A stretch of 47,923 nt of DNA from Desulfuromonadales bacterium (GCA_035269105.1 DATFJP010000134.1:1-47923), one strand, 5' to 3'; positions 19,705-26,190 are shown, numbered from the stretch's first letter. Program-made: numbers and translations. Notes: generated by a model not told the origin, from the sequence alone.

Positions 19705-20088
19705 ATGAAAGTCGCATTCGCCAGCACCGACAAGGTGCACATCAACGAGCACTTCGGCCAGGCCGAACAGTTCGCTATCTGGGAGGTCGGGCCGGACCAG
19801 GCTGCCTTCAGTGGTGTGGTGCAGGTCCAGGCTGATGCCGAGGTTGCCGGTCACAGTGACGAAAAGATCGAGGCGCGCAGCGCCGCGCTGAAGGACTGCG
19901 CCCTGGTCTACGTTGGTGAGATCGGCGGGCCGGCGGCGGCCAGGCTGGTCGCCAAGAAGATCCACCCGGTGAAGAGCAAGGGCCAGGAGCCGATCGAGGA
20001 GGTGGTGGCCAGGCTGCAGGAGGTGCTGAAGGGCAATCCGCCGCCGTGGCTGCGCAAGGCGATGCTGAAAGGCGAGAGGCCGGGGTAA
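19705..20088 (+). CDS. nifX: Nitrogen fixation protein NifX
   Basis: 127 aa from ATG 19705. MKVAFASTDKVHINEHFGQAEQFAIW and C-terminal GNPPPWLRKAM parallel A. vinelandii NifX as recalled (LKVAFASSD..VDQHFG..FAIY ... GPSAWLAKAI). Confidence 0.85.
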   Translation: MKVAFASTDKVHINEHFGQAEQFAIWEVGPDQAAFSGVVQVQADAEVAGHSDEKIEARSAALKDCALVYVGEIGGPAAARLVAKKIHPVKSKGQEPIEEVVARLQEVLKGNPPPWLRKAMLKGERPG

Positions 20089-20090
20089 GG

Positions 20091-20232
20091 CCGTGATCCG
20101 TAAACCGTGATCCGTAAACCGTGATCCGTGCACAGAGAAAGGTCGTTTCTTCAATTGGGCACAGTTTCATATCACGGATCACCGATCACCGATCACCGAC
20201 CACAGATCACCGATCACCGATTACAGCTCACG
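20091..20232. repeat. GATC-rich heptamer-repeat hairpin element (nifX-fdxN spacer)
   Basis: Left arm is CCGTGATCCGTAAA twice plus a truncated third copy (CCGTGATCCGTG). A spacer of about 41 nt follows, then ACGGATCACC and GATCACC units (some degenerate). Same architecture as 17872-17977. Confidence 0.75.
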
Positions 20233-20253
20233 AATAAAAAAAGGAGAAAAATC

Positions 20254-20523
20254 ATGGCATTGATGACCGCAAAAACCTATGGCGGCGAAGACTGGACGCC
20301 GAACTTCGTCATGTCGATCGACCCCGAAAAATGCATCGGCTGCGGGCGCTGCTTCAAGTCCTGCTCGCGCAAGGTGCTCGGTCCGGAGGACTACGAAGAT
20401 GAGGAGTCGGAATCGATCCGCATGATCATGACCATCGTAAACCAGGACAACTGTATCGGCTGCGTCGGCTGCGGCGTCGCCTGCCCGAAGAAGTGCTTCA
20501 GCTTCAAACCGCTGGAAGTCTGA
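20254..20523 (+). CDS. fdxN: 2x[4Fe-4S] ferredoxin, nif-associated (ferredoxin III/FdxN-like)
   Basis: 89 aa. CIGCGRCFKSC...C and CIGCVGCGVACP cluster motifs with a long acidic spacer. AAGGAG RBS. The track ORF start (20128) lies in repeat DNA. Confidence 0.8.
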   Translation: MALMTAKTYGGEDWTPNFVMSIDPEKCIGCGRCFKSCSRKVLGPEDYEDEESESIRMIMTIVNQDNCIGCVGCGVACPKKCFSFKPLEV

Positions 20524-20529
20524 AGAGGA

Positions 20530-20625
20530 ACCACCAAGACACTAAGACACCAGGAAAAGCCAGATTAGAAAGCAAAGATTTTTGTTTTCCTGAATTCTTT
20601 TTGTGACTTGGTGTCTTAGGGGAAG
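20530..20625. repeat. Hairpin repeat in the fdxN-(NifX-like) spacer
   Basis: CTAAGACACCA (20542-20552) pairs with TGGTGTCTTAG (20609-20619). Inner stem AGGAAAA/TTTTCCT. The AAGACAC motif is shared with the GACGCCAAG/CTTGGTGTC repeat at 16290-16355. Confidence 0.5.
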
Positions 20626-20641
20626 ACCAAAGGGGGGCATC

Positions 20642-21025
20642 ATGCTCATCGCTGTCGCATCGAAAACCGGTACCGCGGTCGATCAGCATTTCGGTCATGC
20701 CGAAAGCTTTCGCATCTACAAGTACCGCCAGGGCGAGCCGATCCAGGTTGGCGAAGTCGCCGTTGAAAAATATTGTTCTTTCGATCCGGACCACCCGTTC
20801 CGCCATGCGCAACTGGACGGCATTGCCACTGCACTCAAGGGCTGCCGGGCAGTGGTCAGCGCCATGATCGGCGACCTGCCTCGCCAGGAGCTTGAAAAGC
20901 GGGGCTTCAAGGTGGTCAGTATGGAGGGGCCCCTCGAGCCGGCACTCAAGGCAGCCCACGACGCGGTCTGCCGATGTCAGTGCGGAGGTCAAAACCTTCA
21001 GAAGCAGACATGTGAATATCGTTGA
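20642..21025 (+). CDS. Dinitrogenase FeMo-cofactor-binding domain protein (NifX/NifB-C-terminal-like)
   Basis: 127 aa. MLIAVASKTGTAVDQHFGHAESFRIY matches the Nitro_FeMo-Co fold start. Cys-rich tail CRCQCGG...C. Confidence 0.75.
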   Translation: MLIAVASKTGTAVDQHFGHAESFRIYKYRQGEPIQVGEVAVEKYCSFDPDHPFRHAQLDGIATALKGCRAVVSAMIGDLPRQELEKRGFKVVSMEGPLEPALKAAHDAVCRCQCGGQNLQKQTCEYR

Positions 21026-21094
21026 ACAAAGCAGAGGGAGCGGCCGGCAAAAGGGGATTTTTTTGATGGCCGCCGCACACTCCGGTTTTCCGGA

Positions 21095-21163
21095 TTTCCT
21101 GAGATGCAATGGCCCATGGCCCGGCAGGGCGGTTTTCTCGAGTTGGCCCCCTGCCGCATTTTT
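21095..21163 (+). terminator. Terminator module 1 after the nifHDK-X-fdxN-X gene string
   Basis: Conserved 16-mer TTTCCTGAGATGCAAT, then hairpin CGGCAGGG-N19-CCCTGCCG followed by CATTTTT. Confidence 0.5.
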
Positions 21164-21237
21164 GCAGATGATACAGGGTCGTATTCACCGCCAGAGCGGC
21201 AGCGAAACAATCATTCATTACTGATGAATTATTGCCC

Positions 21238-21305
21238 TTTCCTGAGATGCAATTGCCGACGGCTTGGGCAGAGTGCTTTAACGGCGAACACTCTGCCATT
21301 TTTTT
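21238..21305 (+). terminator. Terminator module 2 (paralog of module 1)
   Basis: Same 16-mer TTTCCTGAGATGCAAT, then hairpin GGCAGAGTG-N13-CACTCTGCC followed by ATTTTTTT. Confidence 0.65.
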
Positions 21306-21378
21306 CGATCGAAAAACGAGCGCTCAGGGAAATAAATCATATATTATTTCAGGTGTTTAAGGGAAATTTTTCGAAATC

Positions 21379-21407
21379 TTGACTTTTTGGGTATGGTTAA
21401 TGCTAAT
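21379..21407 (+). promoter_or_regulatory. Candidate nifB promoter (sigma70-like TTGACT-N17-GCTAAT, overlapping a weak -24/-12-like GGGTAT-N5-ATGC)
   Basis: Sequence match only. Lies after the tandem terminators and 130-160 nt upstream of the nifB ATG. Confidence 0.3.
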
Positions 21408-21471
21408 TGCTTGAAGCAGGACATAAGGGAAACCGCGATACAAAGCCGTGTCGCCTTTTATCTGGCAAAGA

Positions 21472-21508
21472 AGCCCCGCGAGCAGCCGCTCGACGGGGCT
21501 TTTGATTT
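21472..21508 (+). terminator. Terminator-like hairpin in the nifB 5' leader (possible attenuator)
   Basis: AGCCCCGCGAG-CAGCCG-CTCGACGGGGCT (11 bp with one bulge) followed by TTTGATTT. Ends 29 nt before the nifB ATG. Confidence 0.5.
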
Positions 21509-21536
21509 CTGGACGAACAACGAAAGGATCAGACCG

Positions 21537-22415
21537 ATGGCGACTGGCTGCCCGATGATGAAAATGCAAAACACCGAACATCCCTGCTTCGGCGGCGACC
21601 ATGCCCAGGCGGGACGCATTCACCTGCCGGTAGCGCCTGGCTGCAACATCAAGTGCGGTTTCTGCGAGCGGCGCTTCGACTGTGCCAACGAGAGCCGGCC
21701 GGGCGTGACCAGCCGGGTGCTGACTCCGGAGCAGGCCCTGCAAAGGGTGCGCCTGGTCAAGGGCCATATGCAGCGCCAGACCGGCCCGGAACTCAAGGTG
21801 GTCGGCATCGCCGGTCCCGGCGATCCGCTGGCCAATCCGAAGACCTTCGAAACCTTTGAACAGGTCAGGCAGGAGTTCCCCGACCTGCACCTCTGTCTTT
21901 CGACCAACGGTCTGCTGCTCACCGAGCATCTCGACCGGCTGGTCGCACTCGGGGTGCAAAGCGTCACGGTGACGATCAATGCCCTTACCGCGGCGAGCGG
22001 GGCGAGGGTTTACGAGTGGGTTCGCTTCAAAGGCGAAAAGCTGACCGGTGAAGAAGGCGCCGCCCTGCTGCTCAAGCGCCAGCTGGAAGGGGTCCGGTAC
22101 GCGGCGGCAGCCGGCATGATGGTCAAGGTGAACCATGTCACCATTCCCGGCGTCAACGATCATGAAACCCTGGACCTGGCCGTCAAGGTTCGGGGCCTGG
22201 GCGCGGCGGTGATGAACATTATCCCGGTGATCCCCATCGGCATCTTCAAGGACATCGAGCCGCCTGATGACGCAACCCTGGAGATGGTGCGCAACCAGGC
22301 CGAGCTGGTCGTTTCCCAGGCCCGTCACTGTCGGCAGTGCCGGGCGGATGCCGCCGGAGTGGTCGGCCGGGACATCGATCTGGACCAGCTGGAAAACCGC
22401 CGCCTGGTCGGGTAG
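21537..22415 (+). CDS. nifB: FeMo-cofactor biosynthesis radical SAM protein NifB (minimal form, no NifX-like domain)
   Basis: 292 aa from ATG 21537 (AAAGGA RBS). HPCF motif, CNIKCGFCERR (CX3CX2C), GIAGPGDPLAN and C-terminal HCRQCRADAAG. The track start at 21387 would translate a terminator-like hairpin. Confidence 0.9.
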   Translation: MATGCPMMKMQNTEHPCFGGDHAQAGRIHLPVAPGCNIKCGFCERRFDCANESRPGVTSRVLTPEQALQRVRLVKGHMQRQTGPELKVVGIAGPGDPLANPKTFETFEQVRQEFPDLHLCLSTNGLLLTEHLDRLVALGVQSVTVTINALTAASGARVYEWVRFKGEKLTGEEGAALLLKRQLEGVRYAAAAGMMVKVNHVTIPGVNDHETLDLAVKVRGLGAAVMNIIPVIPIGIFKDIEPPDDATLEMVRNQAELVVSQARHCRQCRADAAGVVGRDIDLDQLENRRLVG

Positions 22416-22439
22416 GGGGCCGGGAAAGTCCAGCCAGCC

Positions 22440-23495
22440 ATGCACCTTGATCTCGCACTCAAGAAATCATTCGGCCGTTTCGAATTCGCGGCCGCGTTTG
22501 CCGTTCAGGGCGAGCGGATCGGCCTGTTCGGCCCGTCCGGCAGCGGCAAGTCGACTTTCGGCAGTTTGCTGGCCGGCCTGTTGACGCCCGATTACGGCAG
22601 TATCCGTCTCGACGGCCGCTGTTTGTTCGACAGTGATAGCCGCGTCAATCTGGCGCCCGAGCGGCGCCGGGTGGCGGTGGTTTTCCAGCATGCCCATCTG
22701 TTCCCCCATCTCGACGTCCGCTGCAACCTGCTGTACGGCTATCGGCGCACGCCGGCCGACCGACGGCGGCTGAAACTGGGCGAGGTCAGCGAAGCTCTGG
22801 GTATCTGCGGGTTGCTTGAACGCCGGGTGCATGCGCTGTCCGGGGGTGAAAAACAGCGGGTGGCACTGGGCCGGGCACTGTTGACCTGCCCCGACCTGCT
22901 GATTCTCGATGAACCTTTGAGTGCACTCGACCAGCAGCTCAAGGAGCAGATCATTCCGTATCTCCGGAAAACCCTGCGCCGGTTTGCCATCCCCTACCTG
23001 TACATCTCGCATGCGCTGGACGAAATGCGCCTGCTCACCGATCAGGTGCTGCAGCTGTCCGGCGGCAGCCTGCGCCAGGTCACTGACGCCGAGACCCTGG
23101 CCCATCAGCAGATGACCACCGGTCAGCAGGGCTACCGCAACCACCTGCAGCTGACATCGCCCCGAGAGGTCGGCAGCATGCTCGGTTATCGCTGGGGGCG
23201 CAACGAACTGCTGCTCACCGATCATCCCGCACCGCAGGACGGCCTGTTCGAACTGTCCAGCCGGGAAATCCTGCTGTTCCGGAATCATCCACAGGCGCTT
23301 TCGGCGCGCAACCTGCTGGCCGGGACGGTAGTGGAACTGATCCCGCAGGGGGGGATGGTCGGCGTGGTGCTCGACTGCGACGGCGAGCGCCTGATCGCCC
23401 AGGTGGTGCGCGAGGCGGCCCTCGAACTTGAACTGGATCGCGGGCAGAGTGTGTACGCGGCGATCAAGGCCTCGGCGTTTCGACGCCTGGTCTAA
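22440..23495 (+). CDS. modC: Molybdate ABC transporter ATP-binding protein ModC (with C-terminal TOBE-like domain)
   Basis: 351 aa. Walker A GPSGSGKST, signature LSGGEKQRV, Walker B LLILDEP, plus a C-terminal extension of about 120 aa. Adjacent to modA and modB. Confidence 0.88.
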   Translation: MHLDLALKKSFGRFEFAAAFAVQGERIGLFGPSGSGKSTFGSLLAGLLTPDYGSIRLDGRCLFDSDSRVNLAPERRRVAVVFQHAHLFPHLDVRCNLLYGYRRTPADRRRLKLGEVSEALGICGLLERRVHALSGGEKQRVALGRALLTCPDLLILDEPLSALDQQLKEQIIPYLRKTLRRFAIPYLYISHALDEMRLLTDQVLQLSGGSLRQVTDAETLAHQQMTTGQQGYRNHLQLTSPREVGSMLGYRWGRNELLLTDHPAPQDGLFELSSREILLFRNHPQALSARNLLAGTVVELIPQGGMVGVVLDCDGERLIAQVVREAALELELDRGQSVYAAIKASAFRRLV

Positions 23496-23506
23496 CCTTC
23501 CATCGA

Positions 23507-24271
23507 ATGAGGCAACTGTTTATGAAGACAATGACGATAGCCATCTGGCTGCTGATAAGTTCTCTGCTGGGCCCAGTCAGCGCTGCTGGTGAGGAGGTTC
23601 GCATCTCCGCTGCGGCCAGCCTGACCGATGCGGTGAAAAGCCTGACCCTGGCTTACCGGCAAGACCATCAGGACGTTGAGATCCTGCTGAATTTCGCACC
23701 GTCGGGGACCCTGGCCAAGCAGATCGCGGCTGGCGCCCCGGCCGACATCTACATTTCCGCCAACCCCAAATGGATGGATCATCTGCGCAGCCAGAGCCTG
23801 GTGGACGAAGCCTCCCTGCAGGTCCTGCTGCATAACCGGCTGGTGGTGGTCGGCTGGTCGCAGCCGGTCACCAGCATGGCGGACCTCACTGGTATGTCCC
23901 GGATAGCCCTGGCCACACCATCATCTGCGCCGGCCGGCCGCTACGCCGAGCAGGCCATGCAGGCCGCGGGGCTGCATGGCGCCCTGCTGACGGAAGGCAA
24001 GCTGGTGCCGACCAGGGATGTCCGCCAGGCCCTCCTGCATGCCGACCGCGGCGAGGTTGACGGCGCCTTCGTCTATCGCACCGACGCCCTGCTGGCGCAG
24101 CGGGCGGTCATTCTCTTCGAGGTGCCCCAGGAACTTTATCCGCAGGTGGTTTACCCGGCGGCGCTGACCATCTCCGGCGCCGGACGACCGGTGGTCCGCA
24201 AAATGTACGATTACCTGACCGGAGCCGAAGCCAGCAAGCTCTTTGCGGGCTACGGATTCCTGACGCCATGA
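23507..24271 (+). CDS. modA: Molybdate ABC transporter periplasmic binding protein ModA
   Basis: 254 aa. Signal peptide, then ISAAASLTDA, APSGTLAKQI and DIYISAN motifs typical of ModA. Start could instead be ATG 23522. Confidence 0.88.
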   Translation: MRQLFMKTMTIAIWLLISSLLGPVSAAGEEVRISAAASLTDAVKSLTLAYRQDHQDVEILLNFAPSGTLAKQIAAGAPADIYISANPKWMDHLRSQSLVDEASLQVLLHNRLVVVGWSQPVTSMADLTGMSRIALATPSSAPAGRYAEQAMQAAGLHGALLTEGKLVPTRDVRQALLHADRGEVDGAFVYRTDALLAQRAVILFEVPQELYPQVVYPAALTISGAGRPVVRKMYDYLTGAEASKLFAGYGFLTP

Positions 24272-24281
24272 AGGTTGGTGC

Positions 24282-24977
24282 ATGCCTTATCTGACGCCGA
24301 CCGATGTGCAGGCGCTGTGGCTTTCGGCCAAGGTGGCGACTGCGGCGACGCTGGTCGCCCTGCCGACGGGATTTGCGCTGGCCTGGCTGCTGGTGTTCAG
24401 CCGCATGCGCGGCAAAGCATTGCTCGACGGGCTGGTCAACCTGCCGCTTGTGCTGCCGCCGGTCGTGGTCGGCTACCTGCTTCTGCTGGCGCTGGGCCGA
24501 CAGGGTCCGCTCGGGGCATTTCTGCAGGATCTCGGCGTCAGGGTGGTGTTCGACTGGAAGGGGGCGGTGATCGCCTGCGCGGTGATCGGTCTGCCGCTGA
24601 TGGTGCGTTCGGTCCGGTTGGGAATGGAACAGATCGATCCGCATCTGCTGCAGGCGTCGAGAACTCTCGGCGCCGGCTGGTTCGACACTCTGCGTTCGGT
24701 GGTGCTGCCGCTGTCAGTGCCGGCTCTGGTGACCGGCAGCACGCTCTGCTTCGCCCGCAGTCTGGGGGAATTCGGCGCCACCATCATCCTGGCCGGCAAT
24801 ATCCCGGGAGCGACCCAGACTCTGCCGCTGGCGATCTTCGACTACACCAACACCCCGGGTGGCGATGCCGGCGCCCTGCGGCTCTGCATGCTGTCGATTC
24901 TGCTTTCCTATCTGGTGCTGATGCTGAATGAACTGCTGATGCGCCGTTTTCGGAAAAGGTCCCTCTCCCCCCGCTAA
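24282..24977 (+). CDS. modB: Molybdate ABC transporter permease ModB
   Basis: 231 aa with 5-6 TM segments. EAA-loop-like ASRTLGAGWFDTLRSVVLPL, and GEFGATIILAGNIPG typical of ModB/CysTW permeases. Confidence 0.88.
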   Translation: MPYLTPTDVQALWLSAKVATAATLVALPTGFALAWLLVFSRMRGKALLDGLVNLPLVLPPVVVGYLLLLALGRQGPLGAFLQDLGVRVVFDWKGAVIACAVIGLPLMVRSVRLGMEQIDPHLLQASRTLGAGWFDTLRSVVLPLSVPALVTGSTLCFARSLGEFGATIILAGNIPGATQTLPLAIFDYTNTPGGDAGALRLCMLSILLSYLVLMLNELLMRRFRKRSLSPR

Positions 24978-24978
24978 T

Positions 24979-25143
24979 AAGTACTCTGTAACCCATAAAC
25001 TGTCGCATCTTGCTTGTCCTTTGACACGTCAACTGCGTTGTGACGAACGATACGTAGCGACGGCTATGCATCGTTCGACACGCCTTGTTGACCCGCCAAA
25101 TTCCTGCGCAATTTTGCGACATTCTGTCAGTTACAGGGTACTA
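24979..25143. mobile_element. MITE-like palindromic element, TA-flanked, immediately after the modB stop
   Basis: AGTACTCTGTAAC...TGTCGCA at the left end versus TGCGACA...GTTACAGGGTAC at the right end. The whole length is an imperfect palindrome (inner arms GTCAAC..CGAACGA / TCGTTCG..GTTGAC). Confidence 0.5.
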
Positions 25144-25153
25144 GCCGGCCGGA

Positions 25154-25708
25154 TCAGTTGACGTAGCCGCTGCCGATCGCCCGCCATGGCAGATCGACCT
25201 GCAGTTCGGGAACCTGTTCGGCGACCCAGGCGGTGAAAGTATTGCTGTTCGGGCCCGGGAAGACCTGGTATTCCCTGGGCCAGGGATAGCTGCGGGCGGC
25301 CTGGTCGACAGCCTCGATCAGGTGGTCGACGCCGGCGCCGCGGTGTTCCTTGAGCAGCCGCGGCTTTTCCCCGAACCAGTAGCGGTCCGGATGGTCCTCG
25401 GCGATGCGCAGCACCGGCTTGCCGCGTTTGGCACGCCAGCCCACAACTTCATAAACGGTGTAAGCTTCCGCGCCACTGCGTTTGACGGCGATCCAGGTGT
25501 GCACCGCAAACCAGCCGCGCCAACCCCAGGCGCGCGCAGCATAAACATGCAGTACCGGTTCTTCTGTGGCCTCGGCGGGCGGCGCGATCCCGGCTGGTTC
25601 CCGGCTGGCGGTGCGCCAGTCGCCCTGGCCGCTGCAGTTTGCCAGTGCCAAAACGGTCAGGGCGAGGACCAGAAAGTAGATTATGGTTTTCCAGGAAATG
25701 AATTTCAT
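25154..25708 (-). CDS. DUF3750 family lipoprotein
   Basis: 184 aa from ATG 25708. Signal peptide with lipobox LANC. HTWIAVK...YEVVGW and PGPNSNTF segments resemble DUF3750. Confidence 0.6.
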   Translation of the reverse strand: MKFISWKTIIYFLVLALTVLALANCSGQGDWRTASREPAGIAPPAEATEEPVLHVYAARAWGWRGWFAVHTWIAVKRSGAEAYTVYEVVGWRAKRGKPVLRIAEDHPDRYWFGEKPRLLKEHRGAGVDHLIEAVDQAARSYPWPREYQVFPGPNSNTFTAWVAEQVPELQVDLPWRAIGSGYVN

Positions 25709-25854
25709 CAGTCCGTCTCTCGATGGGGACAATTTTTTCAATTCTAGCGCAAAGAAGAAGGCCCGGTAAACAGGGTGCAGGACGAAAGCCGGCAAGATGC
25801 CGGCATTATGGTATCTTTAAGACTCAACCACTCATTCCAGCCGAGGAGACCGCT

Positions 25855-26190
25855 ATGCAGATTGACTGGGCCTACCTGCGCAAGGGCTGAACTTCCTGCA
25901 AGAACGCTCAGGAGTTTCTTGAGAGAAAGCAGATGAAGATTGCCGAAGCGGCCGACGCCCGCCAGGAGAAGTTCACGGCCGAACGGGCCTGGGACCTGTT
26001 GAAGGATGCTGAAATCATCGCCGTGGCCAAGGGCAAAAAGGTGATCAAATTCCAGTCGCCGGCGGACAGGGACGCGGTGCTGCAGCAGGTGATGGGGCCG
26101 AGTGGCAACCTGCGGGCGCCAACCCTCAAAATCGGCGAGCAGTTCGTGGTCGGGTTCAACGGGGAGTTGTACCAGGAGGTTTTTGGGTAG
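25855..26190 (+). CDS. ArsC/Spx/YffB-family thioredoxin-fold selenoprotein (in-frame UGA = Sec at 25888-25890)
   Basis: ATG 25855 with GAGGAG RBS (25843-25848). MQIDWAYLRKG-TGA-TSCKNAQEFLERKQ continues in frame into the 85-aa track ORF (25933-26190). U-T-S-C aligns with the family CxxC. The C-terminus LRAPTLKIGEQFVVGFNGELY fits the family. SECIS-like hairpins lie at 25890-25923. Confidence 0.7.

Noticed and set aside
17872-20232. Whether the GATCACC repeat clusters could be a CRISPR array
   Set aside because: The units are 7-14 nt with no unique spacers. The two halves are mutually complementary. No cas genes or leader are present.
19570-20253. ORFs 19570-20154 (-), 19808-20182 (-) and the N-terminal extension of the ferredoxin ORF (20128-20253)
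   Set aside because: Their peptide repeats (HGSRFTDHGLR, ITDHRPQITDHRLQ) are translations of the heptamer repeat. The ferredoxin has its own strong RBS at ATG 20254.
21208-21234. CAATCATTCATTACTGATGAATTATTG near-palindrome as a Fur box
   Set aside because: It only loosely resembles GATAATGATAATCATTATC. It is kept as a possible generic operator inside another finding but not called.
21387-21536. Upstream start of the nifB ORF (342-aa version)
   Set aside because: The extra 50 aa have no NifB-like sequence and would be encoded by a terminator-like hairpin. ATG 21537 has an RBS and gives the usual short distance to the HPCF motif.
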